64,000 nt of DNA from Candidatus Bathyarchaeota archaeon (GTDB lineage: Archaea; Thermoproteota; Bathyarchaeia; Bathyarchaeales; Bathycorpusculaceae), in NCBI GenBank assembly GCA_963806535.1, contig CAWDYC010000003.1, positions 288,001 through 352,000 on the forward strand, written 5' to 3'. Each line of letters begins with the position of its first letter. Within the stretch, counting starts at the first letter, position 1. The notes under the pieces were generated by a model. That model did no database searches. It was not told the origin of the DNA and was given only the letters and a program-made list of their open reading frames with translations. The translations under genes and the position numbers were made by a program. Shown here piece after piece: positions 50,745-61,936 of this stretch.

Positions 50745-50857
50745 CTAAATCACCGAAGATTCAATTGCGGAAATGTTTTATAATATTTACTCTAAAAAAA
50801 TCATTTTGTTAAAATTAAATAAAAAAAAGAGAAAAGGGAAATTTTTTTCTCAGTTGT

Positions 50858-53641
50858 TTATGCGCGTTTTCTAATTGACATCACTATCAGAACGCCAACT
50901 ATGGCGATTGCAATAATGATGGCAATTGCTGCGGCGAGGATGTAAGTCATTAAGTCGCCGGTGGTAGCTACGTTTGTTTGTGCTGTGGTTGTTGATGTTG
51001 GCTGTGCTGGAGTTGCAGCGTTGATTTGTATTGCAGCTGAAGATGGGTAGTATGAGTTTGATCCTTCGAAGTTTGCGTAGATTGTGAAGGCGCCTGGTAT
51101 ATCAGGAGTCCATGTGTAGGCGAATGTGCCCATTGTGTTTGATGTTGTTGTGCCGATTACTCTGTAGTTGTTGTTTGCGTCAAGTACGCTTATAGTGATT
51201 GGAACACCTGAAGAATTCGCTGGTAATAGTTGTTGCTCGTATACGTATTCCATCCAGTGGCTTTCGCTTGCGTCATCAACGCATGGAACACCATTGGGGA
51301 AGTTCAATGCAACTGCACTTTGTTTTGTTCCTGGTGAAATGTCTGTGATTGTGCCTGTGATAGTTATCGGGGTAGCTGTTGTTACTCCAATGCCTGGAGC
51401 ATTGACTGTTATTGCGCTTGGTCCTTTACCGAAAGCGTATATTTGATTGTCATAAGCGTTGCGTGATAGCATGATACCTTGTGCGATTGATGTGGATTCA
51501 ACGGACATGTCTAATACGCTCCAATTCAATTTGCCAGTTGATGCGTTAACTGCCAGCAATTGTGCTCCGTGGAATAGCGGCGGGTTATATTCGTGTCCAA
51601 TCATGAAGTATGCTACATCATTAGTAAAGCAGCAGCAGCTGAACGTCCATAGTGGCCAGATAGAGTATGGTGTTTCAATTCCAGGATCACCAATGAGCAT
51701 GGTCGTGTTTGTGTACCAGTTTAGCTTTCCTGTTTGATCATTGATTGACCATATGTCTCCGCCGAACCCTTCAATATACATAGTGTTGTTTGGTCCGTTG
51801 TATGTTTTGATGTTAAATTGGTCGTAGGAATGTGGTGCAGCTCCATTCAGGCCAGTGAGAGTATATGTCCATTTTTGAGCGCCTGTACGTGCATCATAAG
51901 CTACAACTGCCCAGTTAGCCATGTTGACATTGATGAACATTCCGTCTTGAATTTGCAATTGAGTTCTTGTGTACGGTAGTAACGTTTGGTCAGTTGGATA
52001 GGTAAAGTTCTTTATCCATAGTTGGGCGCCAGTGGTTGCATCCATGCTCGCTACAATGAGAAAGCCAGCAACGTCTCCTCCAGCGCCTTGTCCTGTAGTG
52101 AATCCTGTTGTCATAATTACTGCATTGTTGGTTATTCCGTTTATTGATAAAGCCGGATTATTCAATCCTACACCGATTGTTGGAGTGCCTGAACCTGTAT
52201 TGTTTTGCAGTGGTTGAGCAAACATTACTCCTAGTCCGAAATCAATTATCGAGTTCACTGGTGGAGACCAGCCCCAAGTTTGAGTGCTCCCAGCATTTGA
52301 TAAGCCGCTAAGTGCTTGTGACATGTTCCAGCAGACTAGTACTGGATTAGTGCTAGTAATCGTTGCATGTCCGGTAACTGGTTGGGGAGCTCTTATAGGT
52401 GCCGATCCGTATGTAGTCATAGTGCCAACTGTGCTGTTTATGTAGTAGCCGATTATGTCTCCTTGATCATCAGTCGTAAGAGTTGCGCTAGTGCCGTTAA
52501 CAAGGCTAAGGACATATTTTCCAGTCAAGCCTGAATACATGTTCCATTGTGTTCCTGTAGTATTCATATATGGCGATGGTATCGTAACGCCAAGATTGTT
52601 GGCTTGCGATCCGATTTGCCTTCCACCAGTTTCAGCTGCTGGAAGACTTCCGGTAGTCCAAATGTATGGACCAATAGTGCCGTATGCATTAATGGTATGC
52701 CATTGAGGAGCGAAACCGCATCTTAGAATAGATGTAGTGTTTATCGTAAAGAGATCTTGTCCGGTGAATAAGTTTGTTGCGAGAATACCATTTGTATAGC
52801 CCGTGGTTTCCACGTAGTGCGTAGAGTACATTACACCGTCGATTATTACTGGGGCATACTTTGGCCAATATTGCGAAGTGGACCAGTAGCTGCTGCCCTG
52901 CTCGTTTCCGCCATTTTCTCCTCCGACAACGCCTCCCGTAGTCCAAGGCTTTGTCCAGAGAATGTGACCTGAATTCACTGACAAAGTGTATGGGTTATAG
53001 TTGCCTGTGCTATTGTAGCCGCCTGTTGATGCGAAAGTAACGGAAAATCCGTATCCCATCCAGGGTCCGTTGATAGCGTACCAGTTTTGTACGTTCTCAG
53101 CAGATATTGGATTTTGCCACCATGATGTTGGTAGCGGGGTAACTGGGTATGAGCTTCTTGGTATAGGTTCTGATTGCACAACGAGGGTTACTTTGTCACT
53201 TTGGCTGGGTAAGTTGGTTACGTTGTCTGTCATTAATTGTCCACCATAGAAGAATTGGAATGTATAGTTTCCAACCGTATCGGGGACAACTGTAGTATAT
53301 GTGCCTCCTGTCGCATCTGATTTAAATGGACCAAGAGTTGTTGTTGTTCCAGCTGGTGTTGTTTCTACAATTGTCATGTTTACTGCTGATTCACTGGTGA
53401 GTAATGGCAATACGAGGAACATGTTGAGTGTTACTGTTTGGCCGACACCTGCGGGGTTGGGGCCAACATTAAGGTGGGCATATGATGGAATTGAAGAAAA
53501 TTGCGGTGGCGTGATTTGAGCGAAAACATTTGAAGTAAACGCTATTGAAGCTACCATTGAAATCATAAGCATTGCTGCAATCAATACTGTCGATGTCTTG
53601 TTTTTCATTGCTTTTGATTTTAAATTTTTTAGAGTGTTCAT
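50858..53641 (-). CDS. Large surface protein with PQQ-type beta-propeller and C-terminal anchor
   Basis: Signal peptide, PNP.GVGQ, D..TG...W repeats, NAYDNQIY.FGKGPS, W..Y.Y.Q, C-terminal TM + RKR. Confidence 0.88.
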   Translation of the reverse strand: MNTLKNLKSKAMKNKTSTVLIAAMLMISMVASIAFTSNVFAQITPPQFSSIPSYAHLNVGPNPAGVGQTVTLNMFLVLPLLTSESAVNMTIVETTPAGTTTTLGPFKSDATGGTYTTVVPDTVGNYTFQFFYGGQLMTDNVTNLPSQSDKVTLVVQSEPIPRSSYPVTPLPTSWWQNPISAENVQNWYAINGPWMGYGFSVTFASTGGYNSTGNYNPYTLSVNSGHILWTKPWTTGGVVGGENGGNEQGSSYWSTSQYWPKYAPVIIDGVMYSTHYVETTGYTNGILATNLFTGQDLFTINTTSILRCGFAPQWHTINAYGTIGPYIWTTGSLPAAETGGRQIGSQANNLGVTIPSPYMNTTGTQWNMYSGLTGKYVLSLVNGTSATLTTDDQGDIIGYYINSTVGTMTTYGSAPIRAPQPVTGHATITSTNPVLVCWNMSQALSGLSNAGSTQTWGWSPPVNSIIDFGLGVMFAQPLQNNTGSGTPTIGVGLNNPALSINGITNNAVIMTTGFTTGQGAGGDVAGFLIVASMDATTGAQLWIKNFTYPTDQTLLPYTRTQLQIQDGMFINVNMANWAVVAYDARTGAQKWTYTLTGLNGAAPHSYDQFNIKTYNGPNNTMYIEGFGGDIWSINDQTGKLNWYTNTTMLIGDPGIETPYSIWPLWTFSCCCFTNDVAYFMIGHEYNPPLFHGAQLLAVNASTGKLNWSVLDMSVESTSIAQGIMLSRNAYDNQIYAFGKGPSAITVNAPGIGVTTATPITITGTITDISPGTKQSAVALNFPNGVPCVDDASESHWMEYVYEQQLLPANSSGVPITISVLDANNNYRVIGTTTSNTMGTFAYTWTPDIPGAFTIYANFEGSNSYYPSSAAIQINAATPAQPTSTTTAQTNVATTGDLMTYILAAAIAIIIAIAIVGVLIVMSIRKRA

Positions 53642-53923
53642 TTCTTATTTTTTCTTCCTTCAATTTTATTTGAAAAAAAGCAAGCTTTTGCTTCTTTTCT
53701 GCCGCTTTAATTGCTGTAAAATATATATAAGATTTGCTAAAACATACCAAAGGTTTCGAAATTATTAGCCACTCAGGCTAATTTAACAAGAATTAATATT
53801 TTTACGTGACTCAAAAAACAATTTTATATTACAGACGGATGTTTTTTCCTTATTTGTTATTTTTGTTCTACTATACACCTAAATTTTTAGATTTTTGCGT
53901 CACAAATTTATCAGAAAGAGTTA

Positions 53924-54002
53924 TGGTGCGGTCGCCGGGATTTGAACCCGGGATCATTAGCTTGGAAGGCTAAAGTCCTAAACCAGACTAGACGACGGCC
54001 GC
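53924..54002 (-). tRNA. tRNA-Gly(TCC)
   Basis: GCGGCCG..CGACCGC-A-CCA; TTAGC-CT-TCC-AA-GCTAA anticodon arm; GGTTCAAATCC. Confidence 0.95.
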
Positions 54003-54207
54003 ATTTTGTGTTTCTGTTATTTCCAATATCTGTGTTTGATTTAAGGTTTATTGCATTTGTTCACTTTGGTTAAGACGGCAAAAAGATGTTTTTGAATTTT
54101 GAGCTTACTATGAAGCTATTTGTGAAACAAACTGTCTGCATGCGCAACTTCATAGAGAACCTGAGATTTCACAAGATCAGTTTGGAAAAAACTTCCGCCC
54201 AAAACAC

Positions 54208-54270
54208 GCAAATACACGTCAAATATGCGCAAAACCACGTCAAAACAAAGCAGAACCACGTCAAATTCCT
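54208..54270. repeat. Three 21-bp tandem repeats with CACGTCAAA core
   Basis: GCA-n4-CACGTCAAA starting at 54208, 54229 and 54250. Confidence 0.7.
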
Positions 54271-54582
54271 TCACAACTTCAAAAGCAAAACGCCGCAAAA
54301 TCCAAGCCCTTACCAATCCAAGCCTATCCCAAGCTCCATCCAAAAAAACACAGCGCAAAATTGAAGAAAAAACTTCAAATCAAAATTCTAATTTCGAAAA
54401 GAGCTCCATAACAGGCCTACTAAATTTTTAAGTTTTTTAAAAACAAAAAACCCGAAACCGTTTCAGCGTCATATTTTCAAGACAAAATCGAATTTCTCAT
54501 GTGAAAAATCCTATTCTATAATGGAATGGTATATCTTGAGCGAAGCACCGAATAAAGATATAGAATAAGTAAGTGTCAGAAA

Positions 54583-54864
54583 ATGGGTTTGGATAAAGAC
54601 GCGCATAAAGTTCCTGGCAGTAGAATTAAAATCTTAACAAAAGATGCAAAACAAATGGTTAATGGACCATATTACTGTCCAAAATGCAGGAAAGAACTGT
54701 TGCAGATTTTGGCGAATGTATACAAAAAAGAAGTTTATGCCGCCTGCAAGTGTGGTCTTGAGTGGCAGTTAACGTATGCACCTGTTTTCCAGCCGATAGA
54801 TTACTACAATAAATTTAGGGACGCTTGGAAAAAACAGAGTTACGGCATAATCAAGCAAAAATAA
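54583..54864 (+). CDS. Elf1-like zinc-ribbon protein
   Basis: YCPKC..CKCGL..PIDYYNKF.D resembles transcription elongation factor Elf1. Confidence 0.55.
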   Translation: MGLDKDAHKVPGSRIKILTKDAKQMVNGPYYCPKCRKELLQILANVYKKEVYAACKCGLEWQLTYAPVFQPIDYYNKFRDAWKKQSYGIIKQK

Positions 54865-55042
54865 CCTTTAATCGGGCGTCCACTTCGGAAATCCTTATTT
54901 TTTCTCCAATGTAAATGCCAGTTTTCGCATCAACTCTGAATTTTGCAACTTGCATTTGTTCAACAGGTTATTGGTGATTGATGATTTGGGACAAGTTTTA
55001 AACGAATGGACGTTAAATGGTATCGCTATTGAAGATGCCTAA

Positions 55043-56239
55043 ATGAGCAAATTACCGTTGGGTAGTAAACCAGCCAAATTTATTATTATCTTAGCACTGG
55101 TTCTTTTTGTTTCTCTACCAATTATTCGTCCTTTTGAAGCAGTCAAGGCTCAAAGTCCCGATCAAAGTCAGAACTACACAAGAGAGTTCTCCTGGGATTA
55201 TGGAGGAAACCACTGGATTTGGAACCTCAGCATTCCAGTAGCTCTTTATGATGCTTACAAAGCTGTGCCTGACTCCGAAAGAACAAAAAATGGACCCGCC
55301 GGCTATGACATGATGGTAACAACTAAAGATAGTTATATGCAAACGCTAACTGAAAAACTCAATGAAACCGCAAACCAGCTTGGATATGGACCGGTTGATA
55401 AGGTAAATTTTGCTTTAGCGTTCGTTCAAAGCATTGCGTATTCTTCTGATTTGAATAGTACAGGCTACGAAGAATATCCTAGATTTCCCATTGAAGTATT
55501 AGTTGACCAGACTGGAGACTGTGATTGCAAAGCCGACCTTTTCGCAACCTTAACTCTTGGACTGGGTTACGGTGCAGTTTTCATTAACCCACCTGACCAC
55601 TTGGCGGTAGGCGTATTAGGAAATAATCTTCAAGGAACTTATTGGACTTATCAAAATCAATCATACTATTACGCAGAAACTACTGGAGTAGGCTTCAAAG
55701 TGGGTGATTTACCAGATGAGTTCAAAGGAAAAAGCGCTTACGTTTATCCAATAGATGAGAACAACCAATTTGTTGTTAATTCACAATCGGCTTATATGAT
55801 CGCGCCCAATCCAAGCATTTCACCCTACAGTCCTACTCCCACGTCACACTTCTCTTACATCACGCCCCCACCGACACAGAATGATGGAGCAGCCCCCACA
55901 ACTTCGCCTGACATTACGCAACCAACTATTCAACCTGTCCAACCAATATCTCTTAACTTAATTTCAGATTATCCGATATTGTTCATCGTTATCGTTTCAG
56001 CCATAGTTTTTTCAATCATCATAACAGTTAAAACCGCAACAAACAAGCAACCAAAATCCAAAAAAATGGTTTCTTCTGAACCAAGTGTCGCCCCGGTTGA
56101 AAACCAAAATATTTCAGAAGATAAGCCGCTTGTCAACAACGATACCATTGAAGAAACAACAAAGTTCTGCATTTATTGCGGCGAAACCAACAAATCGTTT
56201 GCGTTATACTGCGAGAAATGCGGCAAAAAAATTGCTTAA
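55043..56239 (+). CDS. Transglutaminase-like surface protein with TM and C-terminal zinc ribbon
   Basis: FVQSI.Y, YPRFP.E.L..GDCDCK, H.AVG, Y.ETT; C-terminal CIYCG..CEKCG. Confidence 0.8.
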   Translation: MSKLPLGSKPAKFIIILALVLFVSLPIIRPFEAVKAQSPDQSQNYTREFSWDYGGNHWIWNLSIPVALYDAYKAVPDSERTKNGPAGYDMMVTTKDSYMQTLTEKLNETANQLGYGPVDKVNFALAFVQSIAYSSDLNSTGYEEYPRFPIEVLVDQTGDCDCKADLFATLTLGLGYGAVFINPPDHLAVGVLGNNLQGTYWTYQNQSYYYAETTGVGFKVGDLPDEFKGKSAYVYPIDENNQFVVNSQSAYMIAPNPSISPYSPTPTSHFSYITPPPTQNDGAAPTTSPDITQPTIQPVQPISLNLISDYPILFIVIVSAIVFSIIITVKTATNKQPKSKKMVSSEPSVAPVENQNISEDKPLVNNDTIEETTKFCIYCGETNKSFALYCEKCGKKIA

Positions 56240-56334
56240 CAGACAAGCTCCATCTTGAAATTGATTAAGATTCTCAATTGTAAATCTATCTCTTCGAAAT
56301 TAACTTAATAGTAATTGTGATCGCAAGAAACTTT

Positions 56335-56952
56335 CTAATGACGTCTGGCCTTAAATCCTTTAATCTGCCGTCGCTCCGCTGCACGGTTTCGTTCCATATT
56401 CTTAATCCTAGCATATAATTTTGATACTTTGGTATTTGACGGCACCTTTGACCTTGGCCGATGAACTGGCACAGGCGTGAATGGCTTGTTGATTTCAAGT
56501 TTCCGCCGCCCACTTTTTTTAAGGGGAACGTTACGAACTTTTTTAAAAATAGCATAGCCTTCTTTGAGGTTAACTTCATGCACTTCCCAACCAGCATTCA
56601 ACCAAGCCTTTGTATGAGCGCTAGATGGCAAATTGCTCCACCAAGCTTCGTCTCTGAAAGCAGGTGTTGGAAGACTACTGCCGATTAAACCATCCATTCT
56701 TGCAAAAGAAAGCTTCACCATGTTTGTGAAGGCAGCTCTAAACTTTAAGTGACTCTCAAGCCCATCATACTTGCCCTTTGTTAAGGGCGAAACCACCCGT
56801 CTGGCACAATGCAAACAAAGCATCGCATTGGGATCTCCAGTCGCAACATCGGGTACCATGCAATCACGGCAGAACAGTTTCCTGCAGCGTTCGCACTTAC
56901 GCATGTAAGCTACCCTTAGAACTCTACCGCAGATGCCGCATTCATCCTTCAA
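56335..56952 (-). CDS. Zinc-finger protein with conserved KY..L..L..F..IG..LP..WWSN..AW..AGW domain
   Basis: Four CxxC pairs at the N-terminus; Trp-rich C-terminal motif. Confidence 0.7.
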   Translation of the reverse strand: MKDECGICGRVLRVAYMRKCERCRKLFCRDCMVPDVATGDPNAMLCLHCARRVVSPLTKGKYDGLESHLKFRAAFTNMVKLSFARMDGLIGSSLPTPAFRDEAWWSNLPSSAHTKAWLNAGWEVHEVNLKEGYAIFKKVRNVPLKKSGRRKLEINKPFTPVPVHRPRSKVPSNTKVSKLYARIKNMERNRAAERRQIKGFKARRH

Positions 56953-57028
56953 TATAATTCAACCTTTTGACGGGCTGGAAAATCTTCTTAATAACAACTG
57001 TTCAATTTAAGATATTAATTTTCACTTG

Positions 57029-58555
57029 TTACTGACCCGTTTTTTCTGAAAGTTCCACATTTTTAGAAGTTAGAATTTGCAAGCTGCCCTTAATTTCATC
57101 CCATATCAACCTGATTAGTTGCCTTGCCTGTGCATCAACTGCTAGCAATAATCCAACGTAAATTAAGAATCCTAAAAGAGCCTTCGCTATAGTAGAAAGC
57201 AAGGTTGTAGTTGTTGGTAGTATAAACAATATTGCTCCCATTATGACTGAGACCAGAATATATTTGCCGATGCTTCTCCAAGCTACAGGTATCCTGATTG
57301 ATCGGTGCATAAACGCGTATAACCCTAAAAAGGTTGATAGATGAACACTAATCAGTATGGTTATAACGTAAAGCGCCGCTTCGACCGACCCTGCCACTGG
57401 TAGCCTTGTCAAAACAAAATATACAGTCGGTAAAGCGATAGCGGCTTGGATATAAGATAAAGAGAATACCTTGAAAATCTTGCTTTTTACGAGTTCCCGC
57501 ATTGAAATTTTGCCTTCTGCGTCAAAATGTTCGGCGCCCAAAAGGCAATAATTGTAGAAGGATGAAAGGAGTGTAATCATTGTATCAATTGTTAAGGCTA
57601 TGAGAACAGGCCATGCTATGCTGTAAGAAACGTTTAATACAGTTAGAAAAGACACAGCCATAGCCATCACAATAGTGGAGAATGGAATCGCCAACATCAT
57701 TACTGTTTTAAACGATATTCCGACTTCTTCGCTCGAACATGTTTTAGCCAAAAGTTTAGGGTAAAGAGTGAACGCTAATGAGGCAGAATACCCAATAATT
57801 GTTGTGAAGCTTAAGGCTGCTTGATAAAACGCTCTGGTTTCTGAGCCGCCATAATAAAAGAGCAGAATAAGGGCAAAAGTCATCAGTTGCTGCCCAACAA
57901 GATTGTAAATTAGGACTGTTGAACCTTTGCGCCACTCTCTAAGGTAACCCCAGTTTATTTTATGTCTTAACTCTGCCCCGAAAAGATAAACATAATAAAA
58001 GACTTGGACGAAACAGGAGAGCACTAAGCCCAAAACGGCACCTAAGAACAGTTGATGAAAACCCATAATCAGAACTAAAGCGACAGATACTTTCACTATT
58101 TCTTCAATCAGCAAACCGTACCCTACTGCTTCTGGCTTAGTAGATTGCAGGGCATTTTCAAAAAGAACAATCATGAAAGAAGTTAAAATGTAGAGACCGG
58201 CAATCAAATAAATCGTCAAATAGCTTGTTGTCCCAATTGCCCGAGAAATCAGTATTATCGCGGGAAAATAAACAATCATTGAGGCTATTGCAATGGTTAA
58301 CTGTGCTGTCGCACTTGTTTTAACGGTTCCTTCTTTGTCTCTTGCGACAAATCGGAGTGTCCAAAAAGGAAGTATACCGCTGAAAAGTGTGAAATATGCC
58401 ACGTAGTCAAAAATGTTTGTCCAGATGCCGTATTGATCTTGGCTCATGTTTCGGGTAAGCAGTAGAGTGAAGATAAGACCAGTGATCACACTGAAAATTT
58501 GAACAGTAAATACGATGAATCCGCTATATCGAAGCCTGAGCTGGTTTTTACCCAA
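57029..58555 (-). CDS. Polysaccharide flippase (MOP/Wzx-like)
   Basis: About 14 TM helices; TR.MS..QYGIW N-terminal pattern. Confidence 0.75.
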   Translation of the reverse strand: MGKNQLRLRYSGFIVFTVQIFSVITGLIFTLLLTRNMSQDQYGIWTNIFDYVAYFTLFSGILPFWTLRFVARDKEGTVKTSATAQLTIAIASMIVYFPAIILISRAIGTTSYLTIYLIAGLYILTSFMIVLFENALQSTKPEAVGYGLLIEEIVKVSVALVLIMGFHQLFLGAVLGLVLSCFVQVFYYVYLFGAELRHKINWGYLREWRKGSTVLIYNLVGQQLMTFALILLFYYGGSETRAFYQAALSFTTIIGYSASLAFTLYPKLLAKTCSSEEVGISFKTVMMLAIPFSTIVMAMAVSFLTVLNVSYSIAWPVLIALTIDTMITLLSSFYNYCLLGAEHFDAEGKISMRELVKSKIFKVFSLSYIQAAIALPTVYFVLTRLPVAGSVEAALYVITILISVHLSTFLGLYAFMHRSIRIPVAWRSIGKYILVSVIMGAILFILPTTTTLLSTIAKALLGFLIYVGLLLAVDAQARQLIRLIWDEIKGSLQILTSKNVELSEKTGQ

Positions 58556-58681
58556 ATACGATTTCCCACTTTTCGAAGCGTTTAATGAGTCATTGCTTAA
58601 CTTTTAGATATACAATTTCCCAAATCAAACCAAAAACCTGAACTTACCAAAAGAATGAGAGAAGAAGGCGCAGAGTCCAAT

Positions 58682-60161
58682 TTAGCCTTTCACAACCGCT
58701 AGCGGGACAAGCCGTGCGACTTTGGTGGCGATTCCCACTTTGTCGCTAACATCTGCTACTACATCGACGTTCTTGTAAGCGGGGTCAGCTTCTTCAGCCA
58801 AAACCGAAGTACTGGCAGCACGAACCACAATGCCCCTCTTCTCCAAAGACTGCTTTATTTCTCCACCCCAATATTGCCGTTTAGCAGCTGAACGACTCAT
58901 CATTCTGCCTGCTCCATGCGCAGTTGAACCAAAAGTCAAATCCATAGCTTTCTCAGTTCCTGCCTAGAACCCATGAGCTCGTACCCATACTGCCGGGAAT
59001 AAGCACAGGTTGCCCTTCACTCCGGTAATCATCAGGGATGTCTCGGTGACCAGGTGGAAAAGCGCGTGTTGCTCCTTTACGATGAACCCAAACCTTCTTT
59101 TCTCCTCCATCTATCCTGTGATTTTCCACTTTGGCAATGTTATGGGTTACATCATAAACGAGTTTTAGACCGAAGTTTTCGGGTGGCTGCTGGAAAACTT
59201 GTTGGAAACTTTGTCTAACCCAATGCATAATAGCATGCCTATTACAAAATGCATAGTTAACTGCGCAGGCCATTGCCTGGAAATAATCACGGGCTTCATT
59301 ACTGTTTCCAGGGGCACATGCTAGTTCACGGTCAGGAAGAGCTATTTTGTATTTCACAACAGCATGCTCCATTACTCGTAAGTAGTCGGAGCAAACTTGA
59401 TGTCCATAGCCTCGTGAGCCACAGTGGATCATAACCGTAACTTGACCTTCCTGCGTGATTCCAAAAGCCTTAGCTGTTTTAGGATTATAGATTTTGTCCA
59501 CTTTCTGTATTTCTAAGAAATGGTTTCCCGAACCCAATGTGCCAATCTGAGTTATTCCCCTGCTTTTTGCAGTTGATGAAACTTTGTCTGGGTCTGCATT
59601 GGGCATAGCACCTCGTTCTTCACAGTGTTCTGCGTCCTCTGGCCATCCGAATCCTCGTTTAATTAGCCAAGGAACTCCCTCAACTGCTATATGGTCTAAG
59701 TCAGAAGAGGATATTGAAAGGTCTTTTCGACGGCTTCCAAGCCCGGAAGGAACGTTACGAAAAATGGTGTCAGCTAAAGGTGCAAGTTTAGGTCTGATCT
59801 CTTGTTCGGTAAGTGTTGTTGCAAGCAGGCGAACACCACAATTAATGTCATATCCCACGCCGCCCGGGCTGATCACGCCGTTTTCATAGTCGGTTGCCGC
59901 TACTCCGCCAATTGGAAAGCCATACCCTTCATGTCCATCTGGCAATGTTACGGCATACTTGTAAATTCCAGGCAATTGCGCCACATTTGAGCATTGCCAA
60001 AGAGTACGATCAGTTTTCATTTTATCAAGAAGCGTTTCATTGGCAAAGACCATGCCTGGAACCCTCATAGCGGATTTGTAGTTGGGAATGCGCCACATGT
60101 AATCATTGACTTTTTCTAAGGGAACTCTCTCAGGAGTGGCTCTGCTTTCACTTTCGCCCAA
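58682..60161 (-). CDS. rtcB: RtcB RNA ligase, frameshifted near 58960
   Basis: PDGHEGYGFPIGG, GYDINCG, GSGNHF.E, HRKGAT, PGSMG, HGAGR, EE...AYK. Confidence 0.95.
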
Positions 60162-60206
60162 AAATCTTCACCTTTCCAAACAAAAGATTACTTAGATTAT
60201 AAACGT

Positions 60207-61124
60207 TTATGGTACCTGTTTCTGGTTTGCGTACTCAATAAAACCTTTGACGCAGTTTTCCAAAACCGTTTTTGAGTAAATTCGATGAGACTTAATAAAA
60301 TCTGCAATTTCAACCTGACTCATAACTTTGTCTTCAGCAATAATTCTATCACGAATTTGTTCAAGGGTCCAGTTTTGTTTTACACCTTCCTCTGCAATTT
60401 TTGCCCATAATTTGAGTTGAAATTTGTAGTCTGTTAAGCGTTGCTTGGCAGTGGAGGCTTTTCCAAAATGGCTGTAATATAGAGCAGTCGGTTTTAGACC
60501 AATCAGGTTGTCCAAAGAAGCCAATGCTGCATCTAAACGGAACGGTGGAGGTGTGGTTGGAACTACATCATCAAACTCTGGAAAATAGGTGCCTGCAGCA
60601 TCGCCTGGGAAAACGCCATCGTTAAATGACTCTTGATAACTAAGGTTGTGTGAAGCATGACCGAGCGTTTCGATCACTTTCAAGTTGGCGCCATCACCTA
60701 AATCAAAGGTGCCCTCTGTTACAGGAATTATACGTTCTTTTGGTACGGGTTCAGGCTTGCCGAAAATTTCGCTGACGAACCCGAGTACTATTTGAGCTGA
60801 CTGCCAAAGACGTTCAGGATTTATGAGGTGAGGCATTCCTCTTGGATGGACAAGGACTTTTGCGTTTGGCAGAAGCTTTAACAAGGTGCCTGCGCCGCCG
60901 CCGTGGTCTAAGTGAACATGAGTAATGGCAAGATATTGGACACTCTCTAAAGGTATTCCAAGTTCAGCTATTCCAGAAACAAGATTAAGAACGGAAGATG
61001 TTGGACCCGACTCCACGAGAGTAATTTTAGAGGCAGTTATTATGTAGCTGCAAATGAGATTTTTGTATCCACCTGTTTCCAGCTCGATTTGAAAGAGGTT
61101 TTTTCCAATCTCTTTTGTACGCAA
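60207..61124 (-). CDS. MBL-fold metallo-hydrolase
   Basis: THVHLDHGGG, GHASH, GDAAG, SHFG. Confidence 0.9.
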   Translation of the reverse strand: MRTKEIGKNLFQIELETGGYKNLICSYIITASKITLVESGPTSSVLNLVSGIAELGIPLESVQYLAITHVHLDHGGGAGTLLKLLPNAKVLVHPRGMPHLINPERLWQSAQIVLGFVSEIFGKPEPVPKERIIPVTEGTFDLGDGANLKVIETLGHASHNLSYQESFNDGVFPGDAAGTYFPEFDDVVPTTPPPFRLDAALASLDNLIGLKPTALYYSHFGKASTAKQRLTDYKFQLKLWAKIAEEGVKQNWTLEQIRDRIIAEDKVMSQVEIADFIKSHRIYSKTVLENCVKGFIEYANQKQVP

Positions 61125-61282
61125 AGGTTCACCTTAGTTAGGCTTGAGGACTGTTATGCCATAAACTTTTCTGTAAACAACTTTCAGTTAGCCTTCCCGC
61201 ACCAACGCTTGAAAAAAACGGACGCGCAAAATTTAATTATTGATATCGCGTCTATGTTGAAACTAAAGGTAGGCAAATTGAA

Positions 61283-61936
61283 TTGAAAGCAATTATGTTG
61301 GGAGCGCCAGGCGCTGGAAAAGGCACTTACTCTTCGAGGCTTCAACAAAAACTTGATGTGGAAGTCATAGCTACAGGAGACATTTTCCGTGAATTAGCAA
61401 AGGAAGATTCGGACCTAGCTAAGAAAGTTAAAAGTTTCATGGAAAAGGGGCTTCTTGTTCCAGATGAAGTTGTTTTAGAAGTGCTAAAACAACGCTTAAG
61501 CAAAATTCCGAAAGGAAAAGGCTTCATTCTTGATGGGTATCCTCGAACGCTTGCACAGGCCAAATCCCTTAACACTATAACCAAAATTGATGCAATACTC
61601 TTGCTGGATGTCCCAGACTGGATTATCATTGAACGTTTATCAACACGTAGAATATGTCGCAACTGTGGAACGGTGTACAATATTCTCTATCTGAAACCAA
61701 AAGTTGAAGGAGTTTGCGACAAATGCGGAGGGCCGCTGTACCAGCGATCTGACGACAACCCTGAAGTCATAAAGAAAAGGCTTCAAGTGTACCAAGAACA
61801 AACAAAGCCTTTATTAGAATACTTTAAGGAGAAAAAAATTCCATTCGTTACTTCAACTACCACAACCCTTGACCAGCCGCCGGAACCGATCGTTGAAAAA
61901 ATAATAGCAGAATTAAAAAAACTCAAGATAGCCTAA
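61283..61936 (+). CDS. adk: Adenylate kinase (bacterial type with zinc LID)
   Basis: GAPGAGKGT, LVPD, LDGYPR, CRNC..CDKC, QRSDD. Confidence 0.95.
   Translation: MKAIMLGAPGAGKGTYSSRLQQKLDVEVIATGDIFRELAKEDSDLAKKVKSFMEKGLLVPDEVVLEVLKQRLSKIPKGKGFILDGYPRTLAQAKSLNTITKIDAILLLDVPDWIIIERLSTRRICRNCGTVYNILYLKPKVEGVCDKCGGPLYQRSDDNPEVIKKRLQVYQEQTKPLLEYFKEKKIPFVTSTTTTLDQPPEPIVEKIIAELKKLKIA

Noticed and set aside
58945-58975. Intein or programmed frameshift in rtcB
   Set aside because: No inserted sequence; a single indel consistent with the error pattern elsewhere.
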